From: Psammoneis japonica
Taxonomy: Eukaryota
Direction of reading: 5' to 3'
Assembly (NCBI GenBank): GCA_008632985.1
Contig: QPGO01000024.1
Location: 372,001 to 436,000, forward strand
Length of the DNA: 64,000 nucleotides
Both the position numbers and the translations under genes were made by a program. The notes under the pieces were generated by a model that was not told where the DNA came from, did not search any database, and saw only the letters and a list, made by a program, of their open reading frames with translations. This document shows positions 46,901-59,367 of the stretch, piece by piece (position 1 is the first letter of the stretch; every line of letters begins with the position of its first letter).

Positions 46901-47096
46901 AGCATGGCGGCTCATCGCGAAGCTGAATCGCGTCCAACCACTCGCAGCTCAACTCGCAAGCATGGCAAGAGCAACAAGTCTGGGGATGTCTAACTTGCCA
47001 ACCGTGAACAGGGGTGTTGCGTTCAGCTGGGAAGTTGGTAGAAGAGGAAAAGAAGTGTTTCGCGCAGCATGCAGCAGTCAGGGAAAGAACGCATAA
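43932..47096 (+). CDS. Orphan repeat-rich protein (charged coil, KDEAAKA heptads, Cys cluster, FSFG repeats); in-frame intron 44343-44441; frameshifts near 44780-44795, ~45950 and ~46685
   Basis: Three consecutive overlapping + strand ORFs with coding-like composition; function unknown. Confidence 0.55.
44620..44915 (+). repeat. 21-bp coding repeat AAGGACGAGGCAGCCAAAGCA nested in three larger GAGCGACTGCTTGCAAGT blocks
   Basis: Direct inspection; encodes ERLLAS(KDEAAKA)n. Confidence 0.9.
46440..46820 (+). repeat. Three ~125-bp coding tandem repeats (FSFGFAAP..EAEAAAPTAASKESSKT)
   Basis: tttctcctttggttttgcagcccctg recurs at ~46445, 46577, 46702. Confidence 0.9.
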
Positions 47097-47524
47097 AATT
47101 AGTAGCATTGGCATTGATGTATTTCGTATTTCGCACAGTGCAACCCATCTGTCATGATGCTGTAGCTACAGCAGTCATCAAGAACGGGATTTGACGTTGT
47201 CAGTTCGACACGAGTTGCTCCTCCGCCGCATTACTTCCGGGGAAAACTGGCTAACTGTGAACAAACTGCTGGCAACAATAGAACGCTTTAGTTCTTAACA
47301 GCTCTGACGCATCAACTGCATTACAGATTTGTACACAAAGCTTGTCTGAAATGCGAAAGCAAGCAACACGTTGACTTGGTCTGTCGCGATTCTCCCGGTT
47401 GCCACTTTCGTCGACGAGGCGCAATCTCGGTTGGAATCGGAGCAGCTGCAGCTAGATGAACATCGAGACCAGCTTCCTTACGAACTGTAGCATCGACTTT
47501 CCACACATTTTGAGAATCATCCAT

Positions 47525-48470
47525 TCATTTTGTTGATTGTTTGATGACAATACGGATATTATGGGTGCAAAATCGTTTCGATTGTTGGTCGGAGTGTGTC
47601 ACGAGAATGATAGGAATGCCGGAATCAATGAGGGTCGTTTCCACCAATGATGAAGTTTTTTTGTCGAGTGCTCCCATGCATTCATCCAAGAGCAGAACTG
47701 TTGGTTTTAACGAACGTGCAATTGCAAGTGAGGCACGTTACGCTTCCCCTCCCAATAAGGTGGACCAAGGTTGATCCAAGGCGCTTGGATCTAAGTTCCC
47801 ACTGGAGGCAATGCTGGTCGGGAAAAAGCTCTTTTCTTTCTCGTTCTTCATTCGTCGGCTTTTGTAAACTTGTACTTCGTCGAAACATATTCTTGGAGTT
47901 CCATCGAGTGTCGGTTTATCCTGCGGTAACTAAGATCCCATGGATCGCCATTGGGCAAGAATAGCTATGTGAAACAGTGCCGTTCAACGAGATTTGTTTG
48001 TGGTTTCTATCACGCCATACCTCAAACGCAGCAAGAGTTCTCAACAGCTGCCTCTTTCCTGATCCACGTGGGTTCTTTTACCTCTACAACCGGCATATCT
48101 CTGCGGTCTATTTTATCCGGAGTGCTAGTCACCATCGCCTTTATAATGAGAACATTTTCGAATGAAGGCACTGACAATCTCTCTGATGAAGCCTTGGATG
48201 ACTTCAGTCGAGTTTGTTTAGGATCTGCTGATAATCGAATACCATCAATCGATGCTACAAGTAGTCTCCATACGGAAGCAAACCTAGCCGGGTGTGATTT
48301 GTCGAAGGTCTTTGCCTTGTTTGCTGCCCATGTTTACCGAACAAGTCAAAGTGAACGTTTCGCTACCAAACATATCACGCATTACCAAATGACAAAGGAC
48401 AAGAAGCATTGCGCTTGATGAGCGACTGTCCCACCAACATTTGCCCCGATAGCATGCCAGGTATGGCTAG
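47525..48470 (-). pseudogene. Decayed FetB/YbbM membrane domain-FetA/YbbL ABC ATPase fusion, 5' truncated
   Basis: Manual minus-strand translation: AIPGMLSGQML, Walker A remnant GSGKRQLLRTLA, Q-loop LPQDKPTLDGTP, signature STLLGGEA*RASLAIA, Walker B VLLLDECMGALD, H-loop ILVTHS; stops and frameshifts. Confidence 0.8.
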
Positions 48471-48656
48471 CTACTAGAGAGTGAAGAGGGCCTCTACTCT
48501 AGGGCGCGGGCCCTACTACGAAGTAAAATAACAAAGTATCGCAGTACCTAAGTCCATAGAAGTAGCAAGCGAGATATTTTATAAGTAGGGCGAGAGAGCA
48601 CTACTACATGAAATTGACCCTTTATTTCTCTTGCTGAGAAAATACTTCTATCTCTA

Positions 48657-51600
48657 CTAGAGCGTGATGAAATTTCTCGCGGCGACGCGGAAGGCAGTGA
48701 GTTTCTGGGTGAATCGATCGCGATTGGCGTTATCCAAGCTCCTGTTCACGTCCTGTAAGAGAGTGTTGAGCGCATCATTGAGCTTGGTTTGGTTCTCCGG
48801 GGTTTGAGAGTTTAGGAGGTGATCCTTGTACGCAGAAAAGCTAGATTCACTTGCCAGCATGAGACTTAGCATCGGGCGCATAACGGCCCAATGGTTCTGA
48901 GGTGGACCAAACAACAACAAATTGAACAAAGTCGCCGTCAAACTTGAAAACAAATTCGGTTGAGCCGAAAGATGCTATAGTGATAGATAGACAATTAGAT
49001 GATGAGCCGGATAGATGAAACATAAGGCGTGTCACAACCCCAAGGGCTTCTTTTCTTTTGCTTACCTTTGTGAGGTTGTGGACTTCGGGTTTGTCCTTAC
49101 CCTGTTCGGTAAAGTAAAAGCTCGCCAAATGATCAATGGCATTGGCACAAAGGGAGCTCAGCGTCGCGTCACTCGACTGCAGACCTTCATGCACAGCCGT
49201 CATGAGCTGCATAAACACAGTAGTATCTAAAGCCATCACGGTTGCCCTGTGTCCTCGAAAGAGAATCTCGATGAAGCCGTAGAAGGCCTTGCTGAGCTTG
49301 GGATACGCTACCACGTCGTCTAGAGGAACGCTCATTGCCATTTGCAAAGCAATGTCCAAAGCATTCTCTAGTGCGGGATCGTTGTAGAGAGAAAAGACAC
49401 CAAAGCAAACGTAATTGCCTGAAAGAGCTGAATTGAGAACATTGAGGGTCAGCGCCATTCCCTTGTATCGTAGCTTATATAGGTCAAGGCCGTTGGCACT
49501 TGGAATGGGCGTCGCCATGAGTCTTCTTCCATACGCGCACACCACGTTGCTCGTGGCTCGGAACAAGAGGATGCCGTTGGGGCTGCTCTGATCAAAATTG
49601 ACTCGATTCGCCTTGTTGTGAGTAAATTCATGAAGAAAGCGTAGCAAACTAATCGAGACTTCTGGTTGGTCATGCCAAACGTCTGCTACTTTCGAGAGCA
49701 ATGACAAGTGCTGCGGATGCAATATTTCGAACAACGAGCAATACGTTCTTCTATTGTTGAGGCTCGCGGTGATGCCCCGCAAATCTCGAAAGACTCCCAC
49801 CAACGGCTGTCGACAATTCTCACTTCGCAAATCTGTCGCCGACAGAGACTCTAGTTGCGCCATCGTCGTTACGATAGGCTCAAGAAACTGTTCGAACGTG
49901 AGTCCAAGCTTGTCCTCTCCGCCAGGAGATAGCAACAAGCGAGTCAATGTCGAATGAAAGGTTGTTCGGTGACGCGCGTTGGCAGGGACCGTGAGAAAAG
50001 GAAAGTGGTCTCCGGTGTGATGGCGAGCAAGAAACCGGACCGTTTCAAGAGTAAGTAAAAGCTTCGAACTACTGTATCCACCAGCCATATCATGCAAAAG
50101 ATCGAGTGTCTTCCCGATAATTTCATTGTCATCAGGCCAAAACTTTAGGTTGTTTCCCATTTTGGTGACAATCATATTCGCTACCACGGTGTTGTCACCC
50201 ATTCCCAAATGATCGAACATGCGCTGATAGACCTTTTGTTTCATGGAAGGTGCCGACGAGTCCAACTTGGCCGACATCATTCCCACCACTGATACGACAC
50301 TTCCCGACGAAGAAGAACCGGATACCTGATCCCACATGAACATGTACACTCGGCGGAAGTTCTGGAAGTAGTACAAGAGGGAGCACTCCAGTTTGGAAGA
50401 CGCCCGTCCGACCCCGTTAGACGAAGTAAGACGATAGTCTATCCCCTGCGCTAGTTCTAACGCCCGTCTACTGAGACTTGCATCAATGGTCTCCTCACCG
50501 TCATTCATGCGGGCAGATGACCAGCTGTGCCCTCCAACAATACTTCCCACCATGTATGTAAGCCACGTTAGCTGACCTTCAACGATGGCAACCCTCTGCT
50601 GAAGATCGGGTGGTGCGTTGTCAGTGCTGGACGCTCCCAACCGTTGCATCTCATCTCGGTATTGAGAAAGAAGAGGGTCAAACTTTTCAAGCAACTTGTG
50701 AGCAATAGGGTTGTACTGAAAACGGCAAATCACTGGGAGACGGTCTAGTTGCTCTCTAAGAGACCCTTCGTCGTCAAGAGGATCATCGAGTGCACCATCA
50801 CTTCGAAGGACGGTTTCCACCGACCCCAACATGCTTTCTATATAGGTTTCTACCACCAACAAAACCTGCTTCTCTAGTTGCTGAACATGTCCTCGGGCTC
50901 CGGTTTCTGGGCGGACATAAGGGACTGCCGCAACTAATCTTCCCCAGAGAGCAAGAAGGTAGTGTATGGAGTTCGTGCTGTACTGCCAATTCTGGATGGA
51001 CTGCACCGTGAAGGACGCGGCAAGGTCTAACCAGTCGAGGTACCCATCCGCTTTCACAAGCTCGCTTAGTTGATAGTTTGCCTTCAAACGTCCGAGCAGC
51101 CGACAGAACTGATGGTAATTGTCTTGATGTTGAAGCCCCGTTTGCTTCGACAGCAACTCCCGGATCCCTGATATGAGCCTACCCAGAAAGGCTCCTCGAT
51201 CTTTGTCGGTGGGAAAGATAGAGCGTCGGACGGATGACATGAGAATGACAGCTTCCATTGCTTTGGACGATCGTGGTGGGTCCGTATTCGCATAAAAGTG
51301 GAATAGAAGCTCCACAGTCGCTGGATCCTGGATCACGCTTCTCCATGATGTTGGTGCTTGGATCGTGCCGACGTCTTCAGTGGACTCGTCAGGGTTCGTC
51401 CCAATGAAGTCAAAGCTGAGACAACGAACTGTCAACGACAGTGCTTGTTCGCCCAAAATAGCTTGTTGACGAGGATCAGCAGCTGGAGAAATAGACGGGA
51501 ATAGCGGTTTCGGTTGTGAGATGAAACACAGTTAGCAACAGCACTAAGGGGAATGTAATGTAATGTAACTCACAAATGGCTCCAGTTTGCAATTGCTTCA

Positions 51601-52198
51601 GCGTCGTCAGTCCCAACTGAAACACCTGAAAGAGACACACGTCTCGGAAGCTCACGCTTGTCTTTCGATGTTGCGAAAGAGTCCGACCAGTCGTAGGAAT
51701 ATTGAGTTCGTCAACCAGCTGGTTGAGAATCTTGAGCCCCAGAATTGCGTGATCCACTGTGGCCTGTAAGAACTTGGTAACATCGTCTGCCAGTTCCCGG
51801 TGCGTCGCGTCATCAAACCACCCCAGCTTGGTGATGCGGCACACTAGCTTTATGAGACTCATGACAACGAAGTCTTGAAGGGTGGGTCCCTGATTGGCGA
51901 CATATCCCAATACGTAATTGCGAATGTCAATCCGCTGCGGCACCGTGAAATTGTTCCAATGCTGCGTAATCAATTGGGTCAAGCTGTTGGACGCCACGAG
52001 ACGCGCGTATTGCGACGAGGAGTGGTCCAGTATATACTGACATTGTGGTATGTATTCTGCTGATGATTGCAGGCTGAGCAGTCGCGCCTGAGCGTCTTGG
52101 CGTGTTACTGGCGGTTTGCCGGCCTCCGTGGTGGACGGCGCTCCGGTATAAAGGGTCTCACACAGAGCCTCGACTTGAGCGAGCTGTGCTGCGTCCAT
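48657..52198 (-). CDS. XPO7: Exportin-7 (RanBP16/17 family); introns 51483-51573 and 48975-49065
   Basis: CRITKLGWFD, HRKTSVSFRD, CLSFDFIGT..DES.ED.GT.Q.P..WR, RLKANYQLSELV, NRVNFDQSSPNGILLFR, GNYVCFGVF, NRDRFTQ. Confidence 0.95.
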
Positions 52199-52479
52199 GT
52201 CTCGGTGTTTTTCTATGATCGACTGTATAGAGTAGCTAAGGAAACGTGGCTTCAGCTAGCGCAATGCTCTGTTCTTCTTAAGCCGCGTCCGCCTTATAGT
52301 ATTGCGATTAGTAGCAAGCGCGGGCGGCGAATCGGCGAAAGCCACTGAACGGACCCGAATTGAAATCGCAAGTCCCACAAACTGCACTATCTGCAGCGCA
52401 ACACTGAGGTGTAGACACAACTATAAAACGTCCTGGTATAGGTTACCGGCTTAGATCCGTCCACAGTGGTCTATTGGGA

Positions 52480-55400
52480 TCACCGCTTCGGAGAATGCGA
52501 GCATTGTGAACACCGCGGCGCCGCCCGACGGACAGCGGATGTCGTCGTCTTCATTCGAAAGATCCTGCTGGTGAGCGCGCGATGATGTGCGGGAACTTTG
52601 TTCTGTCCGTTGTAGGTTGCAGCGCTGGTCGGTGTGCTGTTTCGCTGTTCGTGTGAGCCGAGGGGCTCGAGAGCCAGGTAAACTGCATCACTTGAATGGT
52701 TCGCGGAGCTCAAGCTGCCACCACCACCACCAACCAGAGCTAAGAGCACACATGTCTGTGTGCAACAACCAAATGCAGTGTGCAACAAATTGCACACAAC
52801 TGAAATCCTGTGCAAATCCTGCGGCACTGTGCGTGGGCAAGAAAACAAAACAACTTCCTGGACTCCTCGCTGTGGTGTGATGCCAGGGGTCAAAACTCAC
52901 CAAGCAATCCAGGAGAGCTCAGATTTCAAAGAAGGTGCAATGGCAAGGGGTGGGGCAACTGCTCCTGAGAAAGACAGAGAAAAATTGCCTTTTCCCCGTC
53001 ACAAAGCGCTGAGCCCCTGCCTTGGCGAAACTCAAGAGATGTGTGGCATGCAGGACTTGAGCAGGTGCATCAACAAGATTTTGGAGAGCAAATGTCATGC
53101 CACACAAATCCACACACCATGGTCCATGAGGCTGCTCACTTTGCTGCAGATGAGCAGAAAAGACTTTGTTGATTTTTGGAAGAGCACAGCCACCCATTTG
53201 ACAGCACTCCAGGCAGGTGGAGCAGTCGTCATCTGACCAGATTTCCAACTTTGAGAAGGAGCAAAATCACTTCATGCCACAAACTGCATCCATGCCTCAT
53301 CCACTGAAGGCACCAGCTCAAAAGGAAGTTGATCGCTCATGCAAAACAGGTGTCTTGCAAAAATGACAAAACACCACTCCAGCTCTTGTCTGACTTTTCT
53401 GAGCTGGGCAAGTGCATCAAAGGAGAGCCACACCTGCTGCCAAAGACACAGGATCCACTTTAGAAACTGGGGGTGGGCTCACACATGCTGCAACTTTGGA
53501 CCTCTTGACACAGCGAATGTCGCCATGTGTCAGCTCAACACTGCATGCTCAATGGCTGTGAGCTGTCATTTTGCTCTGTGTGGAGAGTGCAAGCATTTTT
53601 GTCTGTCTGAGGAAGTGCTCAGCTTTCCTGACATTGTTTGCCTTTTCTGGAGTGAACATCAGAAATTGTGAGAGGGGCACAAGAGAATCAAGAAAGCTGG
53701 TTTGGAAGTCAGTGCTGAGAAAGTGCTCTTTGAAAAGCCTGGGGTGGATCACTTGGGGCTTCAAAGTGCTGCCAGAGACATGCAAAGAACAGCACAGCAC
53801 TCTTTGCTGGAGTTGTTGTTGGTCTTTGCCATGATGTGTGTGACCACAAAGACACGGCCACATGTTTCAGCAGATTTTGTTGCAAGCCATTTGATGTTTG
53901 ATGTTCGCACTGATGTGAGTTGCACACAAGCAACTTGGTGTGGCAACATTGCAAGATGACCAGCCAGCTGCACTTTGTTTGTGGAAGCTGAGTGGTGCAC
54001 AAACACAGCACACAACTGCTGAAAGAGAGGTGCTGCTGTTGATTGTGGAAACACTTTAGAACAATGGGTCATTGGAGTGAGGTCAATTTTGTCCAGAGTT
54101 TGTTGCTGGGTGCTGGAGTTTTTACCCACACGTGCACCAGGAAATGTGAGGGAGACCTGGAGTTCTTTTGCATGGCAAATTGCACTGCCCCCCCCCCCCC
54201 CCCCAACTGGGAATCATTGCTGAAAAATGCTGCAGCTTCAGAAGCAACACTTGAGAAAGTCTGATGCTTGTGCTGGCTGAGAAAATTTGACTTTGTTCAA
54301 AATGTCCCCCAATTTGCACATGATCTGCACATGCCAGCCTGTGGCCAGCAGCACAATCTCAGCTGCGCAATCCCAGATGAACTCACCCATCAGTTGGTTT
54401 TTTCTTGCATGCTGGCAGCAACATTTCACTCAATCATCTGCTGAGCCAACAACTGCCACAAAACTTGCCCATCAGCTGGGTTCTGCATCGTTTGAACCTT
54501 CCCAACCTGGTGCTTTTGTGAAAGAATGTCCCAAGTCATTGAACAGATTAAACAGCATCCTGTCCGTGGCGGCAGCATGTTTTGACATGGTGAGCTGCTG
54601 GTTCATCACTTGCATTGCAGCTTTGGCTGTGGGTTGGAGCTTCCATCTTTTGCCAGCCAATCTGCACATGTTCCCTGATGATGGTGCCTCCAACAATTCT
54701 GACAGCAGCTCCATGCCTCCAGCAGAGGAGATGTTCCATGGAGGAAGATTTGATGAATCCTCTGACACACCTGCTCCCACATGTGTCACAATGAACAACA
54801 ACTTCTCTCAGCCCAGCTGTGCAGCCCCTGGTCTTTTCAATCAAGGCTGTCACCCCTGGTGAAGTCACTGAGTTGAGTTTTCCTGACAACAATTCTTTCC
54901 ATGTTGTTGGCACCAACTCCAATGCTGAAGCTAATGTTGGTGTGTGTTTTGCTCACACCCTGGGCCTCAGTTTCTCACTGCCCCCCCCCCCCCCCCCAAA
55001 AAAAAAAATGGGTGCCCACCTCCCAAGGCCAAGGGTGATGGCTCAACCAGCAGAGTTGGAAGGGCCAAAGTCATTCCTTGCCTGGGGATTCTAGAAACAC
55101 AGAGAAGCTCTTCATTTTGCTCAGCAACAGCAGCAGAGGCAGCAGCAACAGCAGCAGTGGCGGCAATGACAGCCCTCCAACTTGCTCCAACCCCACCATT
55201 GCCACCTGCTTCTCCTGCTCCTGGATCCAGTTTGAGCAGCAACAAGAGTGAAGGCAGCTCCTCTGGCTCAAACAGCAGCAAGAGCAAAGAGGAGGGTGTG
55301 CTGGACCCAGCAACAAGAGTGAGAACAGCTCATCTGGCTTGAGCAGCAAGAGAAAGGGTGGCTCAAGTTCAAGCAGTCATTCATCCTCCTTCTCAAGTCA

Positions 55401-57255
55401 TGACTTTGGCAGCAGCAGCATGTCATCCAACTTGTTGTTGTCTTCCAGCAGCTCACTGCCATCAGGGATTTAGTGGGACTGAAAGGGATTGAGTCTTGAC
55501 CATGGACGAAGGACCCAAGTTCAAATTGGGGCTGAAGTCAAAGAAGAAAAATGGGTGAGTTCAAGGGAAAAGCATTTGGCAAAGTGCTTTGGTGGATTGA
55601 TTTGACAAGATTGAGAAAAGAGAATGAGCTGACTGCATCATGATTTGGTGAGAGAGGGATTTGACAATTGCAACTGCCTGTGGCACTGAATTTGCCATGC
55701 TGTCAAGCGAGCATTGGCTGCACCTGTCATTGGGTTGTGCAACAAGGGGGAATGATGAACCCCAAGATTGTGGATGAGCAGGAATTGGTGGATCCCGCAT
55801 GCACTCCTGGAGACAAAATCAAGGAAAAGTTTCATCTTTCTTGCCCTCAATCATCACCTTAACAGTTGAAGAAAACAACACGGCCTGCGGCAGGTTCATC
55901 ACGGAGCACCCTCTGTCTTTTTTCACACATGGGGTGTTGGACAATGATGCACTGCAATGGATGGTCAAGCAGCATCTGTCATGATCAATGTCCCAAATGG
56001 GGCTGGCAGTGCTCCAGAAAGCAACAAATCAGTTTGCAGTTTGTGCAAATTGAAAATGTACGATGAACAAGCTGGAGAAAGCAAATGTTCTCAAAACATT
56101 TGCAACAGGTTCAAATTTTGTCCTGCATGACTCTGCCTTGCTCGCCTGCAGTCATTGTTCTGGTCTTTCACAGCTGCTTTGGCAATTGAGTCCCCAATTG
56201 CATCTTTCTAATTTTGCTTGCCCTCTGCCATTGACAAGTCATCATTTGTTGACACCCTGCAAACCATCATGATTTTGTTCTTCCACTTGTTGAACCTCTC
56301 TTTAAAGAGATCTCTGGCTTTTCATGTGAAGTTTTGTTGTTGAGTTTCAAGAGGGCATGGCTGTCTTTGCTCAGCTCTGTGACTTGAGTTTCAGCCATGT
56401 TGTCCACAAGATTGCCTCTCTTGGCTGAGAAGGCAAGGGCATGGTGTGGCCTGTTGCCAGGTTTTGGATCTGTGAGTTTCAACAAGACAAAAAAGAGCCC
56501 ACTCTTCTGATGGATGCAGCTTGCTGTGTCTGTCACTGCCAGTCAACTGATCCATGGAAAATCCTTTCTGTTTGAATGGAGCTTTCACGTCCCCCACTTT
56601 AACCCACCCATCATCATCACTGGGAAGCTCTTCTCCAAAAGACTCCACCAAAATGTTCAAACCTTTTCTCTGGGCTTCCGGGTGGCTCACAAGTTGGCAT
56701 GCTTTGAGCTCTCAGAAAAGATTGCACACGGTTGGATCCGTGAACGAATTGACAATTACGTGGAAAAGTTGAGGAGTGAAATGACTCCCAGCAACATTGA
56801 GTTGGAACTGATCAGGCGCGCGCATCACGCACATTTTGAAGTTTCTCGATTGCGCATCTGGTGTGTCGAACGCGCTCCGCCACATGAAAGATGAGTGGAG
56901 CATCAGCCAGGCATCCCATCAATGTGTGGGACCATCCGTCATCAGAGATCATAACACCGGCATCCCTGAGGATGCAAGCGAGCATTGGTCGATCATTCCA
57001 ACTGGAGAGACGCCTGCTCATTCGTCATCCCCATGCGTGCGTCTCGCAGTGAGCGGCAGGAGTGTGTCGGAGCAAGTTGTCACGGGTGTTAGAGAACCCG
57101 GAATCAATTGAAGTTCATGGATTTTTGTCTCCTGATGTGGACGATGACGGTGCAATTCTTTGTCATCGCACTGCGTCCCCGAAAGAAGTGATCTCACTCT
57201 TTAGAGTGAATCATCTGGTGTGTCAACTGTTGTTGTCGGTGCTGAGAAGCATCTG
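52480..57255. mobile_element. Decayed repeat/insertion, TpA-depleted tract 3 (CpG lost in core, retained at edges)
   Basis: Very few TA over 4.8 kb, TG/CA excess, poly-C runs at 54187 and 54981, relic minus-strand ORF at 56391-56903; boundaries approximate. Confidence 0.65.
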
Positions 57256-57614
57256 TTAAAATCAAATCTATTTAATCTACGAAGTTACATTGTTTAATCT
57301 TCAAGGCAAACCATAGCCGCACAAGCAGCCAGGACGAGTATAACGAGAGCGGAGGAAGCTTTACAAGATTCCCGTTTGCCGCCATAAACTTGTCGGTTCA
57401 ACACCCATGGCCAGGAGTCAATGGTGGCACAACCCAAAAATGACCAAGGCAATTGAATTTTATAATAAATTTTGTTCTGTTCGGTATGTTATATAAAATA
57501 TATTAGCGGTCATGCATTATATACAAAACTCGATACAAAGACTGCAAACGAACACCTGTCATTTTGAAAGCGATCATCTGGCACGTCGAATCGACTAAAC
57601 TTTGAAGAATCTCA

Positions 57615-58346
57615 ATGCATTACCATAGTGACATCGGCGAAAGTTTGCAGATCCGTTCACATTCATATTACATAGCAAACGTTCCGGCCATGCTGGATTC
57701 GTTTTGGTACATGTTGGTGTATCTGGTGGTCATGATATTTGCTGTTTGGTTCCTGGTGTGCATGTATTGCGCCTGCAAATCCAGATTCAACGACGACGAC
57801 ATGCTGCTGCCGCCAATACCTGTTATCGAACCAATACACCGTACTGAAGAACGACTCTCTCCACAAGAGCTCCGAGAATACATTGAACATATTATTGTCT
57901 CCAAGATAATCACAACAAATAAGAGCAACGGAACTAAAAATACCAGTCATCAGAAAATACAAATCAAGCAGAGAAGCAAGGACGGAAAGGAAAGTCAGCC
58001 CAGTGACAGTCAGGACAGATCAGAAACTGCAAACGACGTTATGACTCATCCTTTGCAAGACGCAGACTTAGAATCTGCTGTTTCGCAGAAAGAAGAGGAG
58101 CTTGAGCATACCGAAAAAGATACGATTATGCTCGAGGAAATGGATCCGAACTTGTGCGAGATTTGCTTAAGCGAATACTGCATCGGTGATGTGGTTTCAT
58201 CCAGTTTGAATCCGACTTGCACTCATTCGTTTCACAAGGATTGCATTGTCGAATGGCTCACAAGAACTGCTGCCACTGGAGAAAGGCAACAGAACGAAAT
58301 GACCTGTCCTTGCTGCCGAAGAGATTACTTACATACCAATAGCTGA
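57615..58346 (+). CDS. Transmembrane RING-H2 E3 ligase (ATL-like)
   Basis: Hydrophobic TM segment then CEICL..C.HSFHKDCIVEWL..CPCCR. Confidence 0.85.
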   Translation: MHYHSDIGESLQIRSHSYYIANVPAMLDSFWYMLVYLVVMIFAVWFLVCMYCACKSRFNDDDMLLPPIPVIEPIHRTEERLSPQELREYIEHIIVSKIITTNKSNGTKNTSHQKIQIKQRSKDGKESQPSDSQDRSETANDVMTHPLQDADLESAVSQKEEELEHTEKDTIMLEEMDPNLCEICLSEYCIGDVVSSSLNPTCTHSFHKDCIVEWLTRTAATGERQQNEMTCPCCRRDYLHTNS

Positions 58347-59367
58347 TTCTTCTTCAAGTCATTGAGACGATTTCCAAATGAATTACGGAGAATTAGCCAC
58401 CTTGGTGTTTGAGGCCGATCCCTGATAACCCTGGCGTATTTTGACGATTTTGTTCAGAATCGAAGCAGCAGGTTGCATCGGTAAGACCCGTTGTCGTAAA
58501 TTATTCAACAGATATGATGGATGGCTTTATCGTGAGCTTGACTCTCTTTGGTGGATCGATGATCGCCGTGTGACATTGATGGAGTTGAGAGCCTTGCAAA
58601 ACAGCAAGGCCGACCAATTTCCTGGAGAGCAGGCAACAAATTAAAAGTGTATCTGCCGATTTGTCACGCTACTCAGTTGGGCGGAGTGTGGAGAAGGCTG
58701 TCACTATGATTATGGAGGCTGGTGCTGTTGCCTGCTGGCTAGAGGGCCTCTTCTAGGGGGCTACAGCATCGGAGAAACGTGCACACTCACTTCTTGCTCG
58801 GCCGCGCGAGTGGCTAGACTCGTTTAGTCACCGGTACCAACGCCCAGGAAGTACCACGTGAGTCTGAGAACTTATCAGATGTCATCGACGATGTTGCAAG
58901 TTGGGAGCTGTCAGTGCAACAACGCTTCTACTCGTCGGCTTGCCCATTGACGACCAAGACTACACTATTCATAGCGACAGAGGCATCCTCCAATAGCTAG
59001 AGTCTAGAGAAAGCAATGCACCTTGGCTCACAGTCAGAACAGACTACCACTCACGGATTACGGGGAACTGCTCATGGATTACACGACCACAGGGAGTCTG
59101 TTCATAAACGATAGTGAAAGCCCAGATAAAGGCGAGTATTGTATGGATCGTGGCTAACGAAGCATCAATTACGGCTATTTTCATTACAATCCTGTAATCT
59201 AGAATACCGTCAATCCCCTCATCAATGAGAGAAACGTCGTCCGTGATTGGTATTTTCCTCACAAGGCAGTTCGCAATAAATGAATCCAGAGTGTTGCAGA
59301 TCGAAAAGGGCCGCCGTCGTCTGTGCCCCGAACAGCAGTCCTGTGTTTCTGTACTCATACCTCATGC

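Noticed and set aside
47951..48418. Plus-strand 155-aa ORF as a gene
   Set aside because: Antisense to the FetB-FetA pseudogene, whose motifs are on the minus strand
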